Shown piece by piece: positions 12,354 to 25,300 of a stretch of 64,000 bases of DNA. The notes under the pieces are model-generated. The model did no database searches. It saw only the letters and a program-made list of their open reading frames with translations, and was not told the origin of the DNA. Numbering within the stretch: position 1 is the stretch's first letter; every line of letters begins with the position of its first letter. The position numbers and the translations under genes are program-made. Source of the DNA: Botryllus schlosseri (Eukaryota); contig CM119372.1 in assembly GCA_051294905.1 (NCBI GenBank), positions 22,446,001 to 22,510,000 of the forward strand, given 5' to 3'.

Positions 12354-13425
12354 CTAGGATGTGGCTTCTCCCGTGGTCCGGCGTTGTGCTGCCTCGACTC
12401 CTCGCTGGTATAATAATTGGTTAATATTGCTCTTATCCATCTGATAACTGGCCCTCGACGATTCTAGTGTCCTGGCGACTCCCAAAGCAAAGGAGAATAG
12501 AAGCTTGTATTTTCCAGTGCTGAACTTGATTACTTCTTCGGGACCTACAAGCCCTATGTAGTGACCCGTTTCGCCGAGAGAATCCAAGTAGTGTTTGAGA
12601 GAGATAAGACATGCACGCTCGGCTTTGTAAATGTCATCCTCCACCTCCTTGTAACTGCCATCCAGTATGTGCCTCACCGTGAGCAGAAAGTCCGTAATAC
12701 CATTGTTCTTGCATAACTCGGCGCCCTCCAGTATTGTCGATCGAACTCCATTCTCGCAGATCTTCAGAGTGGCCATTTTATTAAACATATGAACGATGAC
12801 TTTTCGCCCATCGCGAGAGTCCGATAGAAACGATCTCACCAAGTGCCTCTTCTGCCATAGCAGCAGCACCACTGATGTCGTTAGACTCGTGTTTGCGTGT
12901 AATCAACCGTCGGATTTCATTCGCCCGTGCTTCCACGGGTGATGAGGTACAGTTGAGGCAGATGATGATTTGCATCCATAACATCTTAATCAGTTTAAAT
13001 CCCAATGGGCGTTCATCGTACGGCACTTTGAAGACCTTACCCTTCATTGCTGTTATTGCGTCGACGAATACTCGTTCCTCTGCGGTTTCTCTGGCACTCG
13101 TGAGCCTTGGGCCGTCGACTAGTCTTGGTTCCACATCCACTTCATATATCTCGAGACAATTCTCTTTAGATAGTGCCCGCAAATACTCTCGCGGCTCTTC
13201 TGTGATGGCTAGCGTCAAGTACACAAGACATCCTAGGCGCAGACTGCCTGGTGCGCGATCACAGCAGATTACTTCGATGCAATCGGAAAACAAAAGACTT
13301 CGCTGACGCTCGCTCTCGCCAATTACATGTGGCACGTGACAAACCGTCTTCAGCGACGGTTTTTCATGATAATCTCTTCGCTTCGGTTCTTCATCAAGGT
13401 TCAGATTGGACATAGCCTTATTCAT
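12354..13425 (-). pseudogene. N: Endogenous viral element: paramyxovirus-like (Mononegavirales) nucleocapsid protein N core, one +1 frameshift at about 12831-12840
   Basis: Intronless; KFSTGKYKLLFSFALGVA fits the F-X4-Y-X3-phi-S-phi-A-M/L-G signature of paramyxovirus N; also NGITDFLLTVR (cf. measles AGLASFILTIK), LGETGHY (cf. MGETAPY), LWMQIII, NEIRRL and an N-terminal VCHVP...GCLVYLTLAITEEP block, in the expected order (comparison from memory). Confidence 0.82.
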
Positions 13426-13602
13426 ATCGGTTGTTTGTGACTGTAAGCTCAAAAATGACGCTCAAACCAACCAAACGATAGGGCCTACACAGCAGTAACC
13501 TATAAACGACTGCATTGATATTTGTAAAACTTCAATGTGTACTGTAGCTTTTAGTGAAACAATCAAAAACAAAAAAGACCATAGACGTATACGGTCGTAG
13601 AC

Positions 13603-14717
13603 TAGGCTTACCATATTTTCGTGACACAAATTCCGGAGAATCGTTAACGCCTCCTAGCGGGTTACAAAAGGAGGTATGAACACATATGAAGTCACACCGA
13701 CAATGCTTCGTCTGTCAATTGCATACAGGGGTCGATTTTATAACATAGGTCGTGAATTCACTGACTATTGGGCCATCTTGAATTTGAGCTTCATGTTAAT
13801 TGTAGGGTTGGTATTCTAATTTGGTCTGCAACAGACTTCTTCTCGGGCCGGATGGAATTGTGATGTGGGCAAGTACCGATTTACAAATGAGTACCACACG
13901 ATTGCGTGACTGGATTCTGTCAATAATATTGGTTCGTCCGCGTATCACTATAAAATCTTTACCCTCTCTCAGTCCACCTGATCAAAGTTAGCTGTAAAGC
14001 TGGTGAAGATGACTTTGAAAATGCAAGGACGGTATATTTGTACGTCGCTAAGTCATGTTCATATCACACGGATAGGTCTATTTATGAGCCGAAATGCCGG
14101 CCCGCACCGGCAGGTTGCACATCCGGTGGTTTCCAACCTTTTACGGTCGCGACTCCATTTCCAATTTGAAAATGTTTCGTTGCCCACCTTAAAATTCGGT
14201 AAACTGATTACTAAACCAATGGTAAGTACCGTTGCCCACACTTACTCACGGCCTGTGTTGGAAGCTGATCAAGTCCAACAACTCCGCGATCTCCAGAAAA
14301 GGGTGAACGACCCCAAGCCGAAGAACCCCTATGTTCGACTACAGCATCCAAACGGCTTTACCGACACTATGAATACATGGTTCTCTTAAAATTGCGATTG
14401 CCATTATAGTCCTATTACAGTAAAGATAGTTATTTTAATTTATGTTTTTTTGTAGTTTTTGCGATAAAGGGTTACACCCACATTATAGTCAATAAAAGTC
14501 ACACTAAATATTTAAAAAAAGAAATTTCAAGTAGCATAAATCTTACCAAAACGAGATATTGTTTATGTTGATTAACGAAAAAAAATTTCAGCTCGCGATT
14601 CCTTCAATCCTTCAAAATTCCGGACATTTGGGCATATTTCAGCATTACCGCCCGTACGCGGTTTAAACTGTGAAATTCCGGACATGACCGGGAAATTCCG
14701 GAGATATGGCAACGCCA
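13603..14717. mobile_element. Composite hAT MITE (TAGGGTTACCATA family)
   Basis: TIR taggcttaccata / tatggcaacgcca; TSD tcgtagac / tcatagac; collinear with 7979-9098. Confidence 0.82.
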
Positions 14718-17593
14718 TCATAGACGCACTCTGTATTTTCATTCTGAGGGGGCAAGGGCTCCTTGCTCGCCCTCTGGCTAAGGCAGTGTGCAAGGTTCTG
14801 CTATCATTGCTGCATGTATGCGACAGTATCACTGGCATCATAATTTCACAGTATAGCTCTTATCCACCAGCTGTCTTGTAAAATGAGTATATACAATAGA
14901 TTAACAGATTGCAAGAAATTGAATCGAGAACACTAGTCGTATCGTAAAATCATCATGATTGGCAACAAGGAATCCGACCCATAGTAAATGCACAAATACC
15001 GAGGCAAGCGACAAGGGTGACCCTATACCACCTCAAGGTTGAATTTGCAATTATCCACGATTAGCTCGAGTCGGTGTCGGTATGACATAGCCAGGATTCG
15101 TGATGCCTATTATGTTATAATCCTGTCGGATCTCGCTCCACTTGGACCAATTCTGCGATTCAGGATCACCTGGATGTATCGCTTTCCACGACTACCCCGT
15201 CACCCCTTGTTCTGAGACCACTCAATGTCTCGCCGGTAATTGTTGCAGTACCTCTGGGGCAACGAATAGAAACAAAACTGAATATTAGCCTTACTAATTA
15301 AAATTGCGGTTAAACGACAGCATATACAAACTTCACTCAACAATGCACTCTTCAACTAAAGGCGCTACTTTCGAGAAATCCGTAATCGTATTGCACCACA
15401 GACGATGGGGTGAGATGTCATAATTAGCCCCTGCTTTGAAATAATTGAATGGCTAGCATCGACAATTCGACATCCATCAGTTTGCGCTAATCGGCCGTAT
15501 GCGAGAACTCGAGTCGTATTTTTGAATGACTTGGCTTGGAACAGTCGGTGAAAAGACCGAATTCTGATCTGACGAGTTGTGCTGAAGTCTCGACCTGACC
15601 AGGAGCTGGTGGCTGGCCATGACCATGACCATGGTGCTATTCGTATTGTCAGTCATAGGCTATTAGGGCGGTCGACATCAACATCTACGCCCAGTGACTA
15701 TAAAATGTTTTAATTACCATCTGTAGACTAAAGTAGATGTTTGTCTGTTTGATCGACAGACTTTCGCCGTACGTCGTTATACCAAGTAATCGTATTTCAT
15801 CCTTGTGTCGTAATCTTGTGGTGTTTTGAGTTGACAGAAATATTATTATATGTATGAATTGGTCTAGCAATTTATTAATTAACACTTAACTTGATCAATT
15901 ACCACTTATTGCCTGAGTGCATCTACCACACGAGCTGTGCGGTGTGAATATCAAAAATGTTACTGTCTAATAAGAAAGAACGACAAAGCGCCAAAACGTG
16001 AAACAACATCCTGTGATCAAGTGCTAATGTTAAAATAGCCTAGTTATCAAGCGCACTTGCGCAAAAATGAACGTATAACAGAGCGACTCAACAGAAGAGC
16101 TATTGCGTAACTTATAATCATTTCGAATCATCTACAATATTGCGCAACTCTGTACCACATATTCACTGACGAAGGGTTTTTAATTCTTATCATCAATTCA
16201 GCATGTTTCATGGCTACAGTAACTTTTCAGAAATGTATACTTCTCGAATGACAATCTTAAATTGTTTTTTTTATCAAAAATTGTAGAATTCTGCCATAAT
16301 TGGGTAAATACTTTCGAAAAACCTGTATTATGAACATACAGACGATTTGCACCTTATATGGTCAACGTATATACAATATAGAATGAATAGAACTCTCGAA
16401 ATCGTCGTCGGTTTAACAGATCATTGGTATAGTCGGTAAGGAATGGATGTTGTGATGATGATGACCGCCGACCGTAAAAATGCTGCATAACGATGTAGTC
16501 CTGGTTAAAGATATTTTTTCTGTTGGGGTCGGAAGCCTTTTGCGTCAAAGGAGCAATATTTATTATTTACCCTATTTTTCAATTGTAAATGTCAATCCAT
16601 TGTGACGTTATTCGTGGCGATATTGATCTACAACTCATTCATCTAGCGGCAGATTCGAGAACCCGTTGTACTGCACTGTGGGTTGGATAAGGGGTCTTCA
16701 TAAGCCATTTAGTCGTCTATCAATGCTACTCGCGGGAGTTGATATAACTGGATCACGAAAACGAAGAATATATCACGACAACATTTCTATGGGGCACGGC
16801 TCAAATCAGCCAAGTTTCTTGCCCTCAGACGAAGAAGATAATGGGCGTATTAATTTCCCCACAAGTCATAGTATATTTTATCAGCCTTGGTGCAATGGCG
16901 CTACGTCCACAGATATGACAGAAAGGACAATATTAGCACATCCGCATTTATCACCGTACATGACTTGGGCTGCACGACATGATTTGTTGAGATGACAGCT
17001 GATAAGCACGCCTGCCTTCTAATCGCAAACTATAGTCAATGATTGCTTTCTTTTAGGTAGGCCTATGGGGTGACCTCGATGCCACAGATATAAGCTAGAG
17101 TGCAAAGGAACACTGATGCAGTTTGAATGCGGTGGCTTTTAAGGAAAATGGTTGCTGCCAAAAAAATTTCACACTAATTCTCCTTAATTTTTGACCACAT
17201 CATATTTAGAGCGCATATGCCGCTTTAATGCTAATAGCATTTTTGCCTGTAATTATTCAGAATCCCGTTTTATGATTGTGTGTTCCACAGGAAAGGAGGT
17301 AATTTCAGTTTCAAGGCATTTGAAGTCAAACTAACTGTACTTTGGAAGCATAGAACTTGCTTAGTTTGCGGTCCTGGGCATGTATGACTGTGAATTTCGG
17401 AAATACCGTCTCAGCAAGTTTTGGGTAATTCATCCATCCATGCATGACTGATAAATAAAGTCACTGCCTCTAGATATGAGTCAATTACAATTATTATCTT
17501 TGTGTCAAAGTCGTGTACAAAATAGCGTAATAATTATCACAACGTTAGCCAGTCAATAAGTTATTGTATACGAACTAAATACACTGGTTCATT

Positions 17594-17623
17594 CAGGGAT
17601 ATCTAGAACTCTAGACATCCCTG
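17594..17623. mobile_element. Second copy of the hAT micro-element (30 bp)
   Basis: cagggatatctagaactctagacatccctg; degenerate TSD ggttcatt / ggctcatc. Confidence 0.75.
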
Positions 17624-17764
17624 GGCTCATCACTGACATACTGGTTTGTCGGTATAGTAGGCTATCCTAATATCTATTCTAATATCACCCTTTGATAGTT
17701 TTTATCGTTTCGATATAATCTTACACTGTGGAAGTCTTAAAACCTAGATTCGTCGTGTTGCAGC

Positions 17765-18190
17765 TAGGGTCGTATTTAAATAAAATCAATTTAAAACAAA
17801 CATGTTTAAAACAAGGCCCTAATTTAAAACATGTTTTTAATTTTTTTTAAGCCATGACGTCACCAATATCCAATTGTGACGTCATAGTGGATTGATATTA
17901 ACAATTGAAAATATAGGGTAAATATAGCTCATTTGACAAAATATCTGTACTATTAATGTTGAACCGATTATTTTGAGAGTTCCAACCATCTCATATCGAT
18001 ATACGTCAGCTATATCGGGTGGTATAAATGTCCGTAGGCTCATACAACATGTTTTTTGGAAAGCATTTACACAATTATGGCATAATTTTACAACGTAAAA
18101 AAACACAATGTTTTTTTTAAAAGGCCTTTGTTTAAAACATGTTTTAAACAAAGTGTTTTAAAACACCGTTTGTTTTAAATGCAACCCATA
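17765..18190. mobile_element. MITE with TTTAAAACA arrays
   Basis: taggg start, inverted tttaaaaca / tgttttaaa arrays at both ends, flanked by gttgcagc on both sides. Confidence 0.65.
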
Positions 18191-19007
18191 GTTGCAGCAC
18201 ACAACGTATGTAATAGTACAAATGAGATGCATGCGAAATCTTGTTCAAGCCGCAGCAACTGTAACGAAAAGTAATTACAAGGACTAGTAGAAAAACACCA
18301 AATTACCTTTAGCGCGATGTAGAACTGGCATTATATTCCTGGTGGTCACATAAAATGTGTATATTTGAACATTCCACACGATTCCTATTCTTATAATGTC
18401 TTAGTGTCAATGAGTAATACTTGACGTCTAATACTAGATTTAGACTAGAATCACTGAGGTAGGTAGCCTACTCGATTTTGTCCAGCCCTATTTATTATAA
18501 TATAATGGTCACCTATAATAGTATAATCACGACGCATTCCGACGGCTCACACAACAGCTGCATCGTGCAAGCGCATCCGCAAAAGTTCCGCCGTGAGCGG
18601 ACATGTTATTTCCGTTATGACGGCAAGCGTTTAATATTGAACCTGCATTCGATAATCGCGAGTTCCAGTGCCTATGTGCTGAATTGATGACTGTACTGGG
18701 TCATGCAACACATATTCATCAGGAAAGGAAGCTGATGCCGCCCGCGTGTAATCATAACTTGCTAATCCTTTCGATTACCGACCTATTGCCTGACACTATC
18801 CCAAACCCACAACGCTTCATCGCAATCCAAAAGAATTTAAATTCCGACTTCAAAGAAAAAATAGTAGCATCGTATTTGTGTAGAACATCATCATATGACA
18901 TATAGCCAATTGTACGCAAAATCGAAAACGGAGCTCGGTAGAACGGAAGCTGGAAAATTCACGCCACACATTCGTCGAAAAGACAAGCATGGTATAAGGA
19001 CATAGTA

Positions 19008-19293
19008 TGGGGTTACCATATTTTGGAAATATTTTGGAAATCTGTAAAGAGGTAAATTTTTTCGATCTCGTGGACGGTTGACTAAAAAGAAAAAAAGATC
19101 AACTTACTGGCCCAGCTCCCGAAATACACGCCGGGCATTACTTGGGTGCTGATTTACTGTCTCAAAGTCGATTTAGCCATGTATTTAACCACAATTTACA
19201 AAAAAGAGGACATTTAGGCGTCCTCCGAGGACACTTTAAAAAAAGCCAAAAAAGAGGACAAATCCTCTTAAAAGAGGACGTATGGTAACCCTA
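19008..19293. mobile_element. hAT MITE (TAGGGTTACCATA family, AGAGGAC repeats) just downstream of the SLC16 stop
   Basis: TIR tggggttaccata / tatggtaacccta; perfect TSD acatagta. Confidence 0.88.
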
Positions 19294-19367
19294 ACATAGT
19301 AGCCATCTTCCTCCAGCACGAACGAGATATATTCCCAAGGATATTGTAAGCACATGGCACAGGAATG

Positions 19368-22300
19368 CTACACAGGGCCCAATTCTTCGTGTAACTCATT
19401 CAACTCCCTGACCTCATTAGCAGCACCGGGCTTCCAAATAGGCTTTGTTGAGGAGTGCTGGCGTTTCGTCATGTCCTTCGCAAACAGTGCCGTGCGAAGA
19501 GAGTTTCTGGGACCGCCCGACTTTTTCGTGAGCGGTATTTCTTGTTCTCGCTTGCCGACCGCTTCCCTTTCCTTGACCGGGCAAAATCGCCTGGCAGCGG
19601 GCAAGAGAAACATGGTCACGGCGGAGACCATGAACATACCGCCTCCGACGTAAAACGCTACTTGGTAAGATTGAGTGGCGTCGAATATGAGACCGGCCAC
19701 CACGGGACCGACGACCATACCTAAAGAAAAAACGTGTTAAAAATACAAGGGGCACCAAATTTGGTTGATCGACAGTTGAGCTATTGAATATGCGACATAA
19801 TGAAAAACGACAGTGGAGTATGCGACACTTTGCCATGAGACGCTTGAGCATGTGACTTCATAACGCCAACCCTAACCTCAAAATTAATCCTTACCCAGAC
19901 CCTAAACCCTAATTTAATCATAACCAGACCCTCATGCTATCTTTAACCCACACGCTGAAGCGTCACATGCTATTATGTCCAGAGGTGGTTAAAGTAATCA
20001 TCGTTTATACTCAAGCATAACATCGTAAATTTCTATCCAAGTACAAATTGAAGTATTCTCGGCCTAGCTTTGCCCAAAAACTGGAAACTGTTAAAAGTAG
20101 AAGTGGAAGAAGTATAAAGAAACTAACACTTGAGTATGCGGTGCAAGTATCCAAAACCTACTTTTATCTGAAAAAAATAGAAGTATACTTCGTCACTGAC
20201 CACCTCTGCTATTATTGTAACGGGTGAATAACTGCAGTCACGTGCCGGGGTTTTCCCCGCACATGTTTTCGGTGACGGTCCCGGGAAATGGGCGGTTCTC
20301 GAAGTATTGTCTTTAATTTGTTTATATTATTTTCGTTTAGAGCGAGTTAAATATTGTTAACCGTTCAATAAATGCTATAAAAGTATGATGACTACTGGAA
20401 GAGCGACGTGTTAGCAACAAGACCGCTGAAGAAGAATTATATTAATGTAACAGTCCGCAGACCGCAACCGACTTCAATTATATAAGATAAAGTAACTGTT
20501 ACAATTATGTCATTATGTCGCATGCTCATTCGGCGAAGCACGAAAAAAGAGAGGGCAGAAAAGATATACCTAGAGCCAGCATCACGTTGATGTAGCCCCA
20601 AACGTGTCGACCTTTCTCCAACCCGAACAGTTGCATAGTCGTCGCGAACATCAGCGAATTCAGGATCCCGGCGTTCACGCCGATGGCTGTAAACAAAACA
20701 CGCGCCACGTCACGAAACGCGACGAAATCGATGATAAGGGCGCCGAATCGATACCTATCGCGTATATGTACATGGTCGCCAGACTTTGCCCTTGCGGCGC
20801 CAGAATGTTAGCGATACCCATCAGCACTCCGCTTACAGCGTAGACGTAAGACAGCCCGAAAGGTAGTCTGTCTGCCACTGTAGCGCACAGCAAACGACCC
20901 AGAAACTCCGAAATACCGTACGCCGTCATGACTATAGCGCCACTCTGCGTGTCGATACCGATAGTGCCCATGTAGTCGATCTGTAAATAACATACCTGAT
21001 CGGTATTACGCAGTCGGAATCGCATGTCAGCGGTAACTTACTAAAAATATAAGCGGGAACAGAAAAGAAACGCTCCAGAACAAAGTGCCGAGCATCCACA
21101 GTATAAACGAGAAATCGGAGCACACAGAACAGTCGTACATGCGTTTGTCGAAGACGTTCTTCTTGATCTCTTGCGCCGCGAGGCTGATCTTGCTCTCCGT
21201 GCAGTTTTGGAGAGATTCGTTGATTGCGTGCTTGTCCACTGCGAGGAAAGAGGGCATTGTCGGGTTGTCGGCGTCAGATGTGGTCAACGTTGTTGACGTT
21301 GCTACTGGGGTAGAAGCAGAAGTAACGCCGTGCATTTCTACTCCGTTACAAGGAGAATTAGCAAGTAGTCTAAACTACTTCAAGTAGATGTAGAAAACTA
21401 ATCAAGTAAGTAGTTTCAAAAAATACATTCAGCCGACGGGTCGCATACTTCAAGCGGTTAATCGAAGGCGGACCTGGACACTTTCCAATTAGCAAGACGC
21501 GCCTTCGCGACCAACACAAAAGACTATATTGCCTAAGTTTTTGTTGCACTAAAATCGTGAGAAGGTTGCACTCAATTTTAAAAAAGTTGCAGTGAAATGT
21601 TGTATTTATAATGAGATACTCGAAAGTTGTATAACCTAACAGTTTAAGATTTGCCTGTTCCATTTCTTGCTTGGCTATACTCAATCGATCATGATAAACA
21701 TCACTGTACTTTAGGTTTGTAACCCACGTGACAGCATGTCGCTGTCAACTTTGGTACTTTCCCGTTTCACAAACGGTCACAGGCGAGGCAGCCGAAAATT
21801 ACGTTTTTTGCCGGTACGGAGCAAGAAAATAACACAATGCGGAATTAAATACCCGCAAAAAGTCAAACAACAAAGCGATAATTTCCCCCTCCCTTCCCCC
21901 AAACAAGTCAAATACCACACACAAACCCCATAGGTCTGAAAGCTCGACCCACTGCAGCAAAACTCAGTGTTGGCGACTTTAACAAAATCAATAGCTTGAA
22001 AAAAGGTAACCTAGTTAAAATGTAATTGTCGACGGTCTCGCCGCGTCGTCCATAAAATGAAACTAACTCAAATTTAAACGACAGAGATTTAATTAGGCGA
22101 TCAATTTACATATAGTTCGAGCCCTGTCGTGCTTGGTTGGCGCTGTTGAACATCGAGCTTACCAGCCATTGCGTCATATATAACATTGAGAAGCAGCACA
22201 AAGCTCTTTGTTATGCAAATAAAAGAGAATAAAACCGCACTTGAAGTAGTTTTATAGCATGTTATTTAAAACACTCCTATACATTTTGCGCATCACTTGA

Positions 22301-25300
22301 TAGAAGTTGCAGTAAAAAGTTGCATGAAAAATAGAAAAAGTTGCGATAAAAATCCTACAAACATCTTAAAATATCATGCTACACAAATTCGGAGTATTTA
22401 GGAAGCTGTCGGAAGCCGTAAAAAATTTGAAAAAACTTGCCCTACTGATGACACTACGAATAGGTGGAATCTTCCGAAAATATATTCAGTTGTCATGATA
22501 CAGGGGCCTTTCCGCCCATGATGATTTCGCCGTAGTGTCCTATGATTTCACTCATAAAAGCGATGAAAGCACATCCCAAAAGCACTTTTTAGTTTACGAA
22601 ACCCAACGTGCAATAAGTAAGTAGTTTCGCCTTAAATTAACTGAAAACTAGAAGTGGACGTAGCCTAAAACATAGCCACTTGAGTACAGTACGAGTAGTG
22701 ATAACCTATAGTATACTTAAATACTCGGAAAAAATAGAAGTACTTCGTCACCCTCGGGTCAGCACTACGTTATCGCATGTCTGGAATACACTTAGATTAA
22801 CCGATTCACGATTCGGATGCACCTTGAAACACAGATGTTTCAATCAACAAAGGAAAGCTTAAGAACTGACTAACGAACGCTCAGTCATTAGTGTCTATAT
22901 CAGGGGTTCTCAAAGGGTGGGCCACAGGAGTAATTTGGGTGGGCCACAGAGGTATTTGGAATATTGTAGGATTCGTGAAGATTAGTTGCATTTTTCTTTT
23001 GTTCATATATTAAAAAAAAATATTGATGTTATCGAATTATACGTACGCTACATAAAGCTTTTCATTCGTCTCTGATGAGACTTAATGGTACGTATGGAGT
23101 CACGAATATACAAGTCGAAATGGATGGGGATACGGCGGCTTTTGAACCCCCAGCTATGACAACCTCCGGCCAACAGCAACGAAAATAATTTCGATTATAT
23201 AATAACTGAAAGTTGATGCTGAAATATCCAAGTATTCCGGCTGGGTCATAATGAATTGAGGAGTTGGCACAGCACATTAATCTTCGGAGTCGGTCTAAAA
23301 AGGTCCGGCCTTGAAATCATTGTACATAATGTAAGAGTCACATGAATTGGTGGTAATATTGGATTTAATGTTATTACATCGTAACTTCAAAAGGTACAGG
23401 ACCTGTATTGAGTAGGACCAGGGCCGTAATAGCACTTTGTCACCCCCCCCCAAAAAAAACGTTGCTCTTGGGCCCCCATATGATGATAAATCGAACTTCT
23501 GGGGGGCCGTTAGCTGAAACAGCTTTTCTCGCCTGCACGCGCGAAGCGCGAAAAATTATACAATGCATGATTGAATCGGTCAGTATGATCGGAAATACAC
23601 ATTGCTATCAATTGTTATCCTCTCTCTGCTCACGTAATCAGATTTACAGGTAGAGGTAAGTGAGGTGTGTTTGAAAAGGTAGGCCCATCAATAATAATTA
23701 AACATCTTCGGGCATCTACCCGTTGGCAGGAACGAAAGAGCACTTCGTCAGGCCCCCCAAAAAAACTTGGGTCTTGGGCTCCCATAGGGTAATAAACCTA
23801 CCCCCAATCACGGTGTTCGCTTTTGCCACCTAATTATTCGTACGGTTTAGTGAGCCAGCGCCAAGCGCGAATATTTTCGATAATTCATGATAAAATCGGG
23901 TAATAAGATCGGGAATTGCATTTCTTGTCCTCTCTGCTCACGTAATCATATTTACCGGTAGAGCTGAGTGAGGTGTTTAAGGAAACTATAGAGACCGTTG
24001 TTATGATATTATTTCGTGACCTCCTGTCCGCTATATCAAAAATATAGAATCGCCCAAACGTATGCTACTAAACTAAAAGACGCACGCGATTTCCAATTGG
24101 TATCTCTTCACTGGCATATAATTTTCCCTGTGGGATGGTATTTGTCTTGTGAGGTTCAGATTGCCATGACAGGAACATTTGGCGTCAGTCATTTAGGCGC
24201 CTAATTAAACCTATGTGTATTTTGTATATATAACGAAGTTTTCGGTCATCATAAGGGCAGTCCTTTTAGGCCAAGGTTTCTCGCTGTCAATCGATCTGGC
24301 ACACTCCTTGGAGTCGCATGTTACATGGCCTAAAACTCTATATGTCTTGGTATATCGTGGCCAGGTAATGGCCAACGCCGATACGCCCATTTCTATAAAT
24401 CTTGTGTATTACTTCTTGGGGGAAGAGCACCCAAAAATCAAGATACTTGGCAACTTGAAATCGCGCGTAGCGCGAAAAGTTTTTGATAAAGTTGCATAAA
24501 TTTTCAAAAAATACTCTATAATTTATGCTAATTCACGAAATAATTTTGGGCCCCCTTCGAGCTCGCCCCCCCCCCAATTGGGGAGTTTGGGGTGCGGCAG
24601 TTACGGTCCTGATTAGGACAACATTGTATTCTTCACTTCTCTCTGGTATCCCATTCATCAAAGAATTGTTTGAAGCGGGCCCAGAATGGGTATAATACTC
24701 TCCACCAGAGTGGAATTAAAGCCCCAATCAGACAGTGAATGCGGGGATCGGATCATTGGGTTTCGTGACTTGTGTGGAACAGAAGATGTACGCAAGAGTT
24801 TACGATATTTAAGGGCCGTAACTTTCGCACCCCTAACCCACAATTGGGAGAGCTCTAAGTTGGTAATAATTATCTCGTTGGTTGTCTGTTGCTTCGCGCG
24901 ATTTCACGTTCCCTCAGATCGACATTTAAGTATGAACACTGAACAGTAATAAAAGAAAAATGCGTATATTATAGAGAAATAGCCATATCGGCGGCGATTA
25001 ACCTACCACACATTGAAATGCACCATGACTTGAAAAGAGGTGGGCCACAAACCGGAAGATGGGCCAAAGCCAAAAAATGGCTGAGAACCCCTGGTCTATA
25101 TATACCAGTGATGGAGCGAGTTGAAGGTTTACGCAAGTGTACGCAAAAGATCCTTACCGTATAGGTTGAGCTACTATCAATCCTTTAGAAAACAAAGCTT
25201 CACATAATTTTTACATTATCTCTTGTCAATGTAGGACGTACGACCAATATATGCCGTGTGCCTACAAAAGGGAAGTAAATGTCCACACAGAAACCCAAGA

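Noticed and set aside
12875..13306. 143-aa plus-strand ORF
   Set aside because: Antisense shadow of the N-like ORF with no recognisable motif
14003..14389. 128-aa ORF and similar short ORFs at 10612-11409, 24016-24499 and 42843-43912
   Set aside because: Inside non-autonomous MITEs, and the frames are not conserved between copies
16354..16995. Short ORFs between the viral element and the SLC16 3' region
   Set aside because: No recognisable motifs or consistent splice structure
19868..19950. Degenerate TAACCC tract as an interstitial telomere
   Set aside because: Short, highly degenerate and intronic; better explained as internal MITE sequence
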